The position numbers and the translations under genes were made by a program. Positions 47,235 through 56,275 of a stretch of DNA of 64,000 nt are shown here, piece by piece (position 1 is the stretch's first letter; every line of letters starts with the position of its first letter). The stretch lies in NCBI GenBank assembly GCA_963792965.1, contig CAWBYW010000030.1, positions 64,001-128,000 on the forward strand. Direction: 5' to 3'. Source of the DNA: an uncultured delta proteobacterium. Its GTDB lineage: Bacteria > Desulfobacterota > Zymogenia > Zymogenales > Zymogenaceae. The notes under the pieces were generated by a model. The model searched no databases. It was not told the DNA's origin and saw nothing but the letters and a program-made list of their open reading frames with translations.

Positions 47235-49463
47235 CTAAAAGAGGTTCCCTATGTCGATGATCAAAACGGGCTTGCCGTCGCCCAGGATGGTAACCCCCGA
47301 AAAGCCCTGTACTTTTTCGAGAGGATGGCCCAGTGATTTGATGAATATCTCCTGGCTTCCGATGATTTCGTCGACCTCAAGGCCGATGTGTTTTCCCCGC
47401 ACCTCGGAGATCACCAGCGAGATATGTTCCTTCTCGGCCCTGCCGTCGGCAATCCCGAGGAGGTCGGCAAGCCCGAAGAGGGGGACCATATCGTCATCGA
47501 TGAGGACCACTCGCTGGTTCTGGCTCTTCTGCACGGCCCGGGCGGTGACCTCGGCGGACTTGAGGGTTTTTGAGAGCGGCAACGCGAAGGTCTCGCCTCC
47601 CGACCTGATCAGGAGCGCCTGGATGATCGCTACCGTCAGAGGGAGGATCAGGATGATCTTCGTTCCCACTCCTATCGTTGATTCGAGACGCACCGATCCC
47701 CCGAGGGACTCGACCTTCGTCTTGACCACATCCATTCCCACCCCTCGGCCCGATATGTCGCTCACCTGCTTACTGGTGGAAAGATTCGGCATGAACGTGA
47801 GGAGGAGGAGGTCCTTATCGCTGAGGAGGGAGACCTCTTGCTTCTTCATGATTCCCCGGGTCACCGCCGCTTCCCGGATCTTTTCCGGATCGATGCCCCG
47901 GCCGTCGTCGGAAACATCAAGGATCACCAGGTCCCGCTCACGATAGGCGGTGAGGGTGATGCTCCCGGCCGGGCTCTTGTTCTGTTTCCGCCGCTCATCG
48001 GGGGGCTCAATCCCGTGATCAACGGCGTTGCGCAGTATGTGAACCAGGGGATCCGTCAGCTCCTCGAGGATGGCACGGTCAAGCTCGATATCGCCGCCGG
48101 TGATAACGAACTGGACCTCTTTGTTCCTCTCCCGCGCGAGGTTCCGTACGAGCCGTGGCATTCGGGACAGGATGCTTTCCAGCGGCATCATCCTGACGGT
48201 AATGACCTTTGTGTGAAGCTCTCGAATCAGGCTCTCCAGCCGGTTTACCGATTCATTCAGGGGAGTGATGTCCAGCCCCTTGGTCTGATCCTGGATACGG
48301 GATTTTGTGATAATGAGCTCCCCGACGATGTTGATGAAACTCTCCAGGAGGTCCGTCCCGATCCGCACCGACCGGGGCAGCACCGTGCCCGCCTCGCCTG
48401 AGGGGAGCATATCCTCGACGCGCGAGCCCTCTTCCTTGGGCTGTTCTTCCTTGGCGGGAGTCTTTTCCTCGGGTGGCGGTGATCCCACCTTCGGCGGAGT
48501 TTTTTCCTGAGTGGGCGTTGATTGCACCGTTGTCGTTATCTCGAACTCGGGCTCTTCTTCCTCCTCCCAGTCTATCGGAGGCTTTCCCACTAACGGCTCG
48601 TCGTCTATCACGAGCCGCGCACGCCCCAGCACCGAGGGGGTCGAGCGTTTCTTATCGGAAGCGTCACCGGCCTCTCGCCCCGGCTCGGGCTCGGAGGTCT
48701 CCGCGGGCTCTTCCGCCCATTCGCTCTCCGGCGTTTTCTTGCCCTTTACCTTGGTCTTGACGATCTCGAAGGACTCGATGGAGGGCAGGCCCTTCAGAGC
48801 CCTGTTTACGTCGTCCTCACCCACTCCCGTGACGAGGGTCGTCTTGAGCTGTCTTCCCTCCAACCCTCTCTTGATCTCTTCGAGCCCGGGAACCAGGCCC
48901 ATCACCTTACCGAGCTCGGAGATCTTTTTTATCGCCAACAATCCCTTGACATTCGGCTTGGGCTCATCTTTGGCGACCCTCAACGTGATCAGGAAGGCGG
49001 CCTGGTCCGTATCCTCCGCGCGCTCTTCTCCCTTTTCGTCCGCGACCGGCTGCTTCTCACTTTTCGGCTTTTTTTCCGGGACCACCCCTCCCTGGGCGCG
49101 CTCGATCATGCCGAGGACCTCTTTCAGCCCCCCCTCGAGATTTCCCCCCACGTCAACCGCGTTCATCTGAACCTCGAGAACGTCTATCGCCCTCAACAGG
49201 ACATCGACGATGTGGGGGCTGGCCTCGACCTCACCCTTTCTCACGAGGTCCATCAGGTCTTCCACCTTGTGCGTCAGCTCCGCGATGGGTGTGTAGCCCA
49301 TCGACGCCGCCATTCCCTTGATGGAGTGGGCCTCTCGAAAGATCGCGTTTATCACGTCCATATTTTCGGGATTCTTCTCTAAATCGAGGGAGAGCCCGCT
49401 CAACTTCGACAGGTGTTCACGGGACTCCTCCATGAATATCTTCTTATAGCGGGACATATCCAT
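47235..49463 (-). CDS. cheA: Chemotaxis histidine kinase CheA (DifE-like)
   Basis: Hpt IFREAHSIKGMA; P2-like region; long Pro/Glu linker; GELII; HILRNAVDHGIE; DDGRGID; SGRGVGMDVV; CheW-like C-terminus ILGDG. Confidence 0.96.
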   Translation of the reverse strand: MDMSRYKKIFMEESREHLSKLSGLSLDLEKNPENMDVINAIFREAHSIKGMAASMGYTPIAELTHKVEDLMDLVRKGEVEASPHIVDVLLRAIDVLEVQMNAVDVGGNLEGGLKEVLGMIERAQGGVVPEKKPKSEKQPVADEKGEERAEDTDQAAFLITLRVAKDEPKPNVKGLLAIKKISELGKVMGLVPGLEEIKRGLEGRQLKTTLVTGVGEDDVNRALKGLPSIESFEIVKTKVKGKKTPESEWAEEPAETSEPEPGREAGDASDKKRSTPSVLGRARLVIDDEPLVGKPPIDWEEEEEPEFEITTTVQSTPTQEKTPPKVGSPPPEEKTPAKEEQPKEEGSRVEDMLPSGEAGTVLPRSVRIGTDLLESFINIVGELIITKSRIQDQTKGLDITPLNESVNRLESLIRELHTKVITVRMMPLESILSRMPRLVRNLARERNKEVQFVITGGDIELDRAILEELTDPLVHILRNAVDHGIEPPDERRKQNKSPAGSITLTAYRERDLVILDVSDDGRGIDPEKIREAAVTRGIMKKQEVSLLSDKDLLLLTFMPNLSTSKQVSDISGRGVGMDVVKTKVESLGGSVRLESTIGVGTKIILILPLTVAIIQALLIRSGGETFALPLSKTLKSAEVTARAVQKSQNQRVVLIDDDMVPLFGLADLLGIADGRAEKEHISLVISEVRGKHIGLEVDEIIGSQEIFIKSLGHPLEKVQGFSGVTILGDGKPVLIIDIGNLF

Positions 49464-49466
49464 GGT

Positions 49467-50051
49467 TCACGTCCTCAAAGAGAATTGAATAATTTCCTCG
49501 GCCACCTCATGGGGGGTCAGCACCTTATCGACCAGCCCCTGCATGAGCGCGCGGCCGGGCATCCCGTATATGGCGCTGGACTCTTCGTCCTCGACAATGG
49601 TGGCCCCTCCCATCCGCTTGATGGCGGCAAATCCCTCCACGCCGTCCCTCCCCATGCCGGAGAGGATCACCCCCATGAGCCTTTCCCGATAGATGGGCGC
49701 CGCCGCGATCATGGTGATATCCGCCGAGGGCATCACGCCGGCCTTCGGACCCGAGTCGTCCAGATCGATCACCACCCCCTCCGTATCGGGGACCAGGACG
49801 AGGTGTTTTCCTCCCGGGGCCAGGAAGATCATTCCCTCGCGTATCTTCATCCCGGCGGCGCCGACGCAGGCAGGCAATTGTGAGCGCCTCTCTATACGTT
49901 TGGCAAAAGAATCAATAAAACTTGGGAGCATATGTTGTATTACTATTATTGCAGATGAAATGCCCTGGGGAATTGTTGAAAGAATATCCAATAAGACCTT
50001 GGGACCACCCGTTGAGGCGGCGATGACCACGAGCCTGCTCGCATCAGCCAT
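49467..50051 (-). CDS. cheB: CheB methylesterase, catalytic domain only (no receiver)
   Basis: 194 aa with intact triad motifs AASTGG, QHM, SGMGRDG, plus YGMP; ATG directly after the cheY stop. Confidence 0.9.
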   Translation of the reverse strand: MADASRLVVIAASTGGPKVLLDILSTIPQGISSAIIVIQHMLPSFIDSFAKRIERRSQLPACVGAAGMKIREGMIFLAPGGKHLVLVPDTEGVVIDLDDSGPKAGVMPSADITMIAAAPIYRERLMGVILSGMGRDGVEGFAAIKRMGGATIVEDEESSAIYGMPGRALMQGLVDKVLTPHEVAEEIIQFSLRT

Positions 50052-50054
50052 AAA

Positions 50055-50423
50055 CTATTTCACCCCGGCCACCCTCTTTACCATTTCGATAACCCGTTCC
50101 GGGTCGAAAGGTTTGATGATGTAGTCTTTTGCGCCGGCGTTAATGGCTTCCAGGACCAGAGACTCCTGGCCGAGGGCGCTGCACATAATGATACGCGCAT
50201 CTTTATTGATGGCGATGATCTCCCTGACGGCATCTATGCCGCTTTTGAGCGGCATGACGATATCCATCGTTATGACGTCGGGCTTGAGCATTTTGAATTT
50301 TTCTACCGCATCGACCCCGTCTGTGGCCTCCCCCGCCAGCTCAAAACCAGCCGACGTGAGAATATCCTTCAGCATGGTTCTCATGAAGCTCGCATCATCC
50401 ACGATCAAGACCTTAAGACTCAT
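50055..50423 (-). CDS. cheY: Single-domain response regulator CheY (DifD-like)
   Basis: LIVDDASFMR, PDVITMDIVMP, MCSALGQ, GAKDYIIKPF. Confidence 0.93.
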   Translation of the reverse strand: MSLKVLIVDDASFMRTMLKDILTSAGFELAGEATDGVDAVEKFKMLKPDVITMDIVMPLKSGIDAVREIIAINKDARIIMCSALGQESLVLEAINAGAKDYIIKPFDPERVIEMVKRVAGVK

Positions 50424-50896
50424 TTCGCCCCCGAACCGACAAAAGACTTGTTTACAAAATCGATGAGCTTTTCCACATCCATGATATTGATTATCCTGTC
50501 ACCCATATTGAGTATCGCCGAGACGAAACTCTCCTCTCCGGCACCTATCCTGACTATTTCCTTATTCAACGATTCATCGTCGGTCGTAATCACGTCGGTA
50601 ACCAACCCCGTGACAAATCCGACGTTCATATCTTCATAATTGAGGATAATGATCTGCTCAAGGGGCTGTTTCTCTTTCTTGAGTCGCAGCATTTGCGCAA
50701 GATCGATCACCGTGATGATGCGCCCGGCCAGATTCATGATGCCTGAGATGAACGCGGGCGCCCGCGGTACAAAGGTTATCGTCTCGGGAGGGGCGATCCT
50801 CTCTACCCGTTTTATATCCATCCCGAATACTTCGTTCGAGAGATTGAAGACGATGATCTGCCGCTCCGAGGCGGAGCTTTCGGTACTCTCGCCCAT
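50420..50896 (-). CDS. cheW: Chemotaxis coupling protein CheW
   Basis: IVFNL..E.FG, TFVPRAPAFISGIMNLAGRIITVIDL. Confidence 0.9.
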   Translation of the reverse strand: MGESTESSASERQIIVFNLSNEVFGMDIKRVERIAPPETITFVPRAPAFISGIMNLAGRIITVIDLAQMLRLKKEKQPLEQIIILNYEDMNVGFVTGLVTDVITTDDESLNKEIVRIGAGEESFVSAILNMGDRIINIMDVEKLIDFVNKSFVGSGAK

Positions 50897-50905
50897 TGCG
50901 ATCCC

Positions 50906-52183
50906 TTACGCCTCCGGCTCAAGCTTGAAGTTGTCCACAACCGACTTCAGCTGCTCCGACGTCATGGAGAGCTCCTGTGCCGACGAGGCCATCTCTTCCA
51001 TAGAGGCCGTCTGCTCCTCCGTGGCGGCACTCACCTCTTCGGTTGCCGCCGCGTTATCTTCGGCCAGCCTCGCTATCTCGTCGATGGCCGTGACCATCTC
51101 CTCGGCCTCCTTTGCCTGCTCCACGGCCAGCTGCGATATCCGGTTGAGCTCGTGGAGCGTATCCAGGGCGATCCGGATGATCCCGCCAAGGGACTGCACC
51201 ACCGACGTGATGACGTCCTTTCCGTCGTTGACGTTCTTAAGGACCTCCCTCACCTCTACGTTCGTCTCCTGGCTCCCCTTGCTGATGTCGGTCACGAGAC
51301 CCGTGATCTCCTCGGCGAATTTTGTTGTTGTTTCTGACAGCTTCCTGATCTCGTCGGCGACGACCGCAAACCCACGGCCGTACTCGCCCGCGCGGGCCGC
51401 TTCGATCGTCGCGTTGAGGGCCAACAGGTTGGTCTGGTGGGCGACGTTCCTGATGACCTCGACGATCTTTCCGATTTCCTTGGCCTTCTCGGAAAAATCG
51501 AGCATGTTCTTGCCGATCGTCTCCATGTTGTTAAAGACCACCAGCATCCGCTCCATGGCGCTATCCACCATTTTGCCGGCCGAACCGGCTTCTTCCTGGC
51601 TCTGGCTGGAGGACGCCGAGAGGTCTTGCGCCGTATCGGCAACCCGCTCGATCTTCTTTGCGATGTCTTTGATGATATTGCTGGTCTTGTCGACGAGCTC
51701 GGCCTGATGTTCGGCGCCCCTGGATATCTGCTCTATGGTCGAGGCGATCTCCTCTGTGGAAGCATTGATCTCTTCGGCCGAGGAGGACAGGCCCTGCGCC
51801 GATTCGGATACCTGTGCCGCAGTCCTCTTGACGTGGGAAACCAGATCACGGAGGCTACCCAGCATGCGATTGATGGAGTTGGCCAGGTCCACGGTCTCAT
51901 CGGGGAAAACCTTCTTGTGCGATATTTCAATATAGTGGCTCAGGTCGCCCTGGCTGATGATCTCTGTGGTAGCCGTCAAATCCCGGAAATCCTTCGTGAA
52001 GTTTCTGGTGAAGACCCACCCGATGATCAGGCCGACCAGGATCGCCGTGAGGGCCGCCAGGATGTTGGCGATAACTTCGTTGTCGACCACGTGAAGGACT
52101 TTCACCAGATACGGGATGATGACGGACGTGAGGATAACCAAAATAAATCCAAAGATGAATTTGTAGCCGATTTCTATTCTCAT
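50906..52183 (-). CDS. Methyl-accepting chemotaxis protein without a periplasmic sensor (DifA-like)
   Basis: Two TM helices joined by a loop of about 10 aa, HAMP (GDLS...DE..DLA.SIN.M), [33 protein letters not shown], methylation helices rich in EE/EQ pairs. Confidence 0.93.
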   Translation of the reverse strand: MRIEIGYKFIFGFILVILTSVIIPYLVKVLHVVDNEVIANILAALTAILVGLIIGWVFTRNFTKDFRDLTATTEIISQGDLSHYIEISHKKVFPDETVDLANSINRMLGSLRDLVSHVKRTAAQVSESAQGLSSSAEEINASTEEIASTIEQISRGAEHQAELVDKTSNIIKDIAKKIERVADTAQDLSASSSQSQEEAGSAGKMVDSAMERMLVVFNNMETIGKNMLDFSEKAKEIGKIVEVIRNVAHQTNLLALNATIEAARAGEYGRGFAVVADEIRKLSETTTKFAEEITGLVTDISKGSQETNVEVREVLKNVNDGKDVITSVVQSLGGIIRIALDTLHELNRISQLAVEQAKEAEEMVTAIDEIARLAEDNAAATEEVSAATEEQTASMEEMASSAQELSMTSEQLKSVVDNFKLEPEA

Positions 52184-52236
52184 CTCTATCCTCCCATTTT
52201 CGAATATACTACACTAATTGTCCGCAAAAAGGAATA

Positions 52237-53082
52237 CTATTTTGAGACTTTGCGATAAATACGATCGGCGACGCTCACCGATTCGAACAACTGCTTGGTG
52301 CGTCCGACCAGGGACTCCGCCCGGCCCAGCACCAAAAAACCCCCGGGGGTAAGCTGACGGCAGAAGCTCTCTTCGATCATTTCCTGATAACTCCGCAGGA
52401 AATAGATGAGTATATTCCTGGCGAGGATCAGGTCAAACCGGTGGTACATCTTGTAGGTAAACACGTCCTTCTTTAAGAAGAGCGCCAGGTTTCTGACCGA
52501 AGGGGCTATCTGGTAGCCCTTCTTGGTTGCGACGAAATATTTCTTGAGGATCTCCTTCGGGAGTCCGGCGACCTTCTCTTCACTGTAGACCCCCTTGAGC
52601 GCGCAGAAGAGGGCGCGCTTGTCGATATCCGTCCCGATGACCCTCAGGTCGTACCTCGCGCCGAGTCGCTGAAAATATTCCAGGAAGAGGATGGCGATGC
52701 TGTATGGCTCCTCTCCGGTGGCGCATCCAACGCTCAAGACGTTGATCCTTCGACTCCCCTCCTCCTCACGCAGCCGGATGATCCGGGGGATCACCAGGTC
52801 CCTGATCTTATCAAAGGTCTCTTGATTCCGAAAAAAACGGGTGACATTGATCGTCAGCACCGAAACGAGCTTCTTGTATTCGGCGGGATCTTTCTCCGCG
52901 ATATCAAGGTACGCCTCGGTCGACGCGGCCTGTATGGCCCTCATCCTGACCTGAAGCCGTCGCCCGACATAGGCATCCTTATAAAGGTCCAGGTCGACGT
53001 TGCTGCCTCGTCTGAGCATCGCGCGTAACCTGGCAAACGTTCGGGGGGCCAGTATATCGTTTTCTTCTTCGCTTCCCGTCAT
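52237..53082 (-). CDS. cheR: Chemotaxis methyltransferase CheR
   Basis: LTINVTRFFRN, SVGCATGEEPYSIA, GTDID, FDLILARNILIYF, GFLVLG..ES. Confidence 0.95.
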   Translation of the reverse strand: MTGSEEENDILAPRTFARLRAMLRRGSNVDLDLYKDAYVGRRLQVRMRAIQAASTEAYLDIAEKDPAEYKKLVSVLTINVTRFFRNQETFDKIRDLVIPRIIRLREEEGSRRINVLSVGCATGEEPYSIAILFLEYFQRLGARYDLRVIGTDIDKRALFCALKGVYSEEKVAGLPKEILKKYFVATKKGYQIAPSVRNLALFLKKDVFTYKMYHRFDLILARNILIYFLRSYQEMIEESFCRQLTPGGFLVLGRAESLVGRTKQLFESVSVADRIYRKVSK

Positions 53083-53088
53083 ATGGCG

Positions 53089-53466
53089 TTAAAACGGGAG
53101 CAGTTCTCTGATGTCTTTGGCGACACGCCGGCTCATGACGGAAATCAGCCCGAGGTTCGAGTCCCTCTTGGCGATGACCGTCAGCAACGCCTTCCCCTCG
53201 ATGTCGGTCAACACGATCTGGCCCGACGAGCTCAGGACCAACGTGTTCTGGATGTCTCCTTTCTTGAGCTCCTTGACCGCCCGATTGATGACGCTCTGTG
53301 CGGCGGACGATATGGCCGCGATGATCTCCTCCTCAGCGCTTGTGGGGAGCGTCGACGCGAGCACCAGCCCTTCGTAGGTCTCCAGGACAATGGCCTCGAT
53401 GCCCGGTATGCCCTCGGAGAGGTCTTTTATGGTCTTGTTCAACTCGACTGCTTTGTAGGTTCCCAC
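53089..53466 (-). CDS. Roadblock/LC7 (MglB-like) protein
   Basis: IPGIEAIVL..YEGLVLAS, IAAISSA, AVKEL..G, NLGLI; paired with a small GTPase. Confidence 0.87.
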   Translation of the reverse strand: MGTYKAVELNKTIKDLSEGIPGIEAIVLETYEGLVLASTLPTSAEEEIIAAISSAAQSVINRAVKELKKGDIQNTLVLSSSGQIVLTDIEGKALLTVIAKRDSNLGLISVMSRRVAKDIRELLPF

Positions 53467-53484
53467 GGCAATTCCTTAAATGGG

Positions 53485-53997
53485 TTAGAGTCCTTTGAGC
53501 AACGTATTGAGGACCTCAAGCGATCGCTTCTTGTCGGTGGCGCTGCAGCCGACGATCATCGAACGATCGTCCAGACCCAATTCCGCCGACAGCTCCTTTA
53601 CCGAAAGCGCGCCGGAGAGGTCCTGTTTGTTTGCCGCAACCACGAACGGCTCTTCGAGGATGTCCTTGAAAAACTTGATGATCTCCCTGGCTTCCTTGAA
53701 CCTCTTGTGATCGGATGAATCGACGACGACGATAAATCCGAGCATGTTTTCGGTGAGGACCTCCCACATGAAATCAAACTGCTGCTGGCCCGGGGTGCCG
53801 AAGAGATAAATTTTCCTGTCACCGAGTGTCACCCTCCCAAAGTCCATGGCTACCGTGGTCTCCCCCTTGATCGCCGCGTGTTCCGGCAACGTCACCTTCT
53901 TTTCGGTGCTTACCACATCTATCTCGCTGACCGTCTTGATGAATTGTGTCTTACCGCTGTTGAAAGGACCGGTCACGACTACCTTCAAGCGATGCAT
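53485..53997 (-). CDS. Small GTPase of the MglA/conservon CvnD type
   Basis: AGGAGG SD; P-loop GPFNSGKT, TTVAMDFG, LFGTPGQ, ANKQD, CSA (G1-G5 motifs). Confidence 0.9.
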   Translation of the reverse strand: MHRLKVVVTGPFNSGKTQFIKTVSEIDVVSTEKKVTLPEHAAIKGETTVAMDFGRVTLGDRKIYLFGTPGQQQFDFMWEVLTENMLGFIVVVDSSDHKRFKEAREIIKFFKDILEEPFVVAANKQDLSGALSVKELSAELGLDDRSMIVGCSATDKKRSLEVLNTLLKGL

Positions 53998-54155
53998 AGA
54001 AGGCCTCCTGTCCAAAGGAATCTATTCACCATAAAGTGGTGCTCGGAGTCGCATACGAGCCCCCCGGTTCCCTTGATGTCGGACCCTCCTCACGGGTATG
54101 CCGACCACAGCCCGGTTTGAACAAAAGAAAAGAGACAAACAATAAATATATTACT

Positions 54156-54184
54156 TTTATAGTATCTTTACCGACCGTAGTCAA
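54156..54184 (-). promoter_or_regulatory. Putative sigma70 promoter for the GTPase-roadblock-che operon
   Basis: Minus strand TTGACT-17 nt-TATAAA in an AT-rich patch about 160 nt before the GTPase ATG. Confidence 0.55.
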
Positions 54185-54191
54185 GGAATTT

Positions 54192-56153
54192 TCAAGCGTC
54201 CTGTCCCATGAAAAAGGCCGCAACGTCTTCGATTCTTTCCGTTATTTGGAAATGGGAAAGGCTCTTCAGGATGATCTTGCCGTAGCTCCTCTGAAGAATC
54301 CTCGAATCAAGCACCACCAATACTCCCCGATCACTTTGTGACCGTATGAGCCTGCCCAATCCCTGCCGCAGGCTTATGACGGCCCGTGGGAGCTGATAGG
54401 AATAAAAGGGGTTCTGTTCGTGCGCGGCCAGGAACTCGAGCTTTGCCTCGATGATCGGATCGGCGGGCGAGTCGAAGGGAAGCTTATCGACGACAACCAG
54501 CGACACCGCCTCCCCGGGCACGTCAACCCCCTCCCAAAAAGACGAGGTGGCAAAGAGGACCGACGAGATATCGTCGCGCAGTATCTTAAGCAGCGTCGCC
54601 TTGGGCGCCTGACCCTGAATCATCATCGTGACCGGGATCCTCCCCTTGAGCGTCCGGTAGGCCGTCTCCATGTTTCGGACGCTCGTAAACAGGACGAGCG
54701 CCCGCCCGCGGCTCATGACCAGGAGCCGCTCGATCATGTCGATCGTCGCCCCGTTGAAATTGGTCCGATCCGGCGGCGGCAGGTCGGGGGGAACGAAAAG
54801 GAGCGTCTGGGCCTTCAGGTCAAAGCCGCTCGGGATCACCATGCCCTCTATCTCGTCTGTGAGCCCGATGCTCTTCTTGAAGAAATCGAATCCACCCATC
54901 ACCGAGAGGGTCGCCGACGTGAAGATGATCGTATCGACCTTCCGGTAGAGCTTCTTGTCCAGCTCGCCTGTGATGTCGATAGGCGTCGCGCAGAGAAATG
55001 TCTCGCCGCCCCTCATGTCGTACCAGAAGACGTACTCCCGATCGGGCATCGTCGTGATAAATTCGAGATCACCCCCGATCTCCTCGGCGCGGTGAGCCAT
55101 CGGGAGTATCCCCTCGTAATCCCCTGTTCCGCCCTGGATAGCTTCTTTGAGCAGTGTGAGCCGCACGCTCAGGGCTCCGGCGCGGGCGCGGTCGTTGTCG
55201 GTAAAGAAGTCGGAATAAATCCTCGTCTTTCCCTCGGACATCCGCGGCGCAAGACCGTTGAAGAAGTCGCCAGAGGCCTCGGTCACACTGAGGGCCGCAC
55301 GATTGATCGGGGCATCGACGATCCGCTCGGAGCTCATCTCCCGATAGAGGTCGCGCACCAGCTCGTCGATCCGGTAGGGCGACACGGCAAGCGAGAAGAA
55401 AGAGAGACAGACCCGCTCGATATTGTGTGCCTCGTCCAGCACAACCGCATCGTAGCGGGGGATCACGCCCATGCCCCCTTTATCTCGTACCAGCAGATCG
55501 ACGAAGAAGAGGTGGTGGTTTACGATCACGATATCGGCGGCCTGGGCCGCCCTCCTGACGCGGCTCACGAAGCAGTCGTCATAATGGGGACATTTTTGGC
55601 CGAGGCACGTCTCGGGGGACGACATTATATCCCTCAACAGATAGAAATCCTCCGGAAGGTCGGCGAGCTCCGCGCGGTCTCCGGTTTTCGTCTTTCTTGC
55701 CCACGATGCTATTTTGGCCGCCTCGTCGGCCGACCGTGCGAAAAACGACGTCCGCCGCATGAACCGCTCGTATTTTCGCAGGCAGAGGTAGTTGTTCCTC
55801 CCCTTGAGATGCACCGCCTGGACCCGTTTTCCGTAGGCGCGCTCAATGAGGGGGATATCGCCCTCGATGATCTGGTGCTGGAGGTTAATGGTGCCGGTCG
55901 AGACGACGACCCTCCTGCCCGACAGAAGCGCGGGAACCAGGTAGGCCAGCGTCTTTCCGGTTCCCGTCCCCGCCTCCACCATCAACGAGCGCCTATCCCT
56001 CAGCGCCGAGGATACCGCCCGTGCCATCGTGAGCTGTCCCTCCCGAAACTCGAAGCCGGAAAGCGCACGGGACAAGAACCCCTCTCTTCCGAAGAAATCG
56101 ACGATTGTCTTTTCGTCTTCTTTTATATCTCCCACCGTTGACTTCTCTTCCAC
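54192..56153 (-). CDS. DinG/YoaA-family ATP-dependent DNA helicase
   Basis: FEFREGQ, EAGTGTGKTLAY, KGRNNYLC, Fe-S Cys cluster CLGQKCP...C, DEAH, SATL, SFWEGVDVPG, QGLGRLIR. Confidence 0.93.
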   Translation of the reverse strand: MEEKSTVGDIKEDEKTIVDFFGREGFLSRALSGFEFREGQLTMARAVSSALRDRRSLMVEAGTGTGKTLAYLVPALLSGRRVVVSTGTINLQHQIIEGDIPLIERAYGKRVQAVHLKGRNNYLCLRKYERFMRRTSFFARSADEAAKIASWARKTKTGDRAELADLPEDFYLLRDIMSSPETCLGQKCPHYDDCFVSRVRRAAQAADIVIVNHHLFFVDLLVRDKGGMGVIPRYDAVVLDEAHNIERVCLSFFSLAVSPYRIDELVRDLYREMSSERIVDAPINRAALSVTEASGDFFNGLAPRMSEGKTRIYSDFFTDNDRARAGALSVRLTLLKEAIQGGTGDYEGILPMAHRAEEIGGDLEFITTMPDREYVFWYDMRGGETFLCATPIDITGELDKKLYRKVDTIIFTSATLSVMGGFDFFKKSIGLTDEIEGMVIPSGFDLKAQTLLFVPPDLPPPDRTNFNGATIDMIERLLVMSRGRALVLFTSVRNMETAYRTLKGRIPVTMMIQGQAPKATLLKILRDDISSVLFATSSFWEGVDVPGEAVSLVVVDKLPFDSPADPIIEAKLEFLAAHEQNPFYSYQLPRAVISLRQGLGRLIRSQSDRGVLVVLDSRILQRSYGKIILKSLSHFQITERIEDVAAFFMGQDA

Positions 56154-56275
56154 GCGATGGTATAAGAATAGAAACCGGCTTGGGCCGGTCGGCAGGACCG
56201 GACGGGCCTCTTTCGCATTGTACCTGAATCGGTCGGAATGATAAATAAAAAACCTCGGGACTAAAGGAGACGACG

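Noticed and set aside
54192-56153. DinG as part of a type IV CRISPR or other defence system
   Set aside because: No cas genes or repeat-spacer array in the window; the sequence fits the housekeeping Fe-S YoaA/DinG type.
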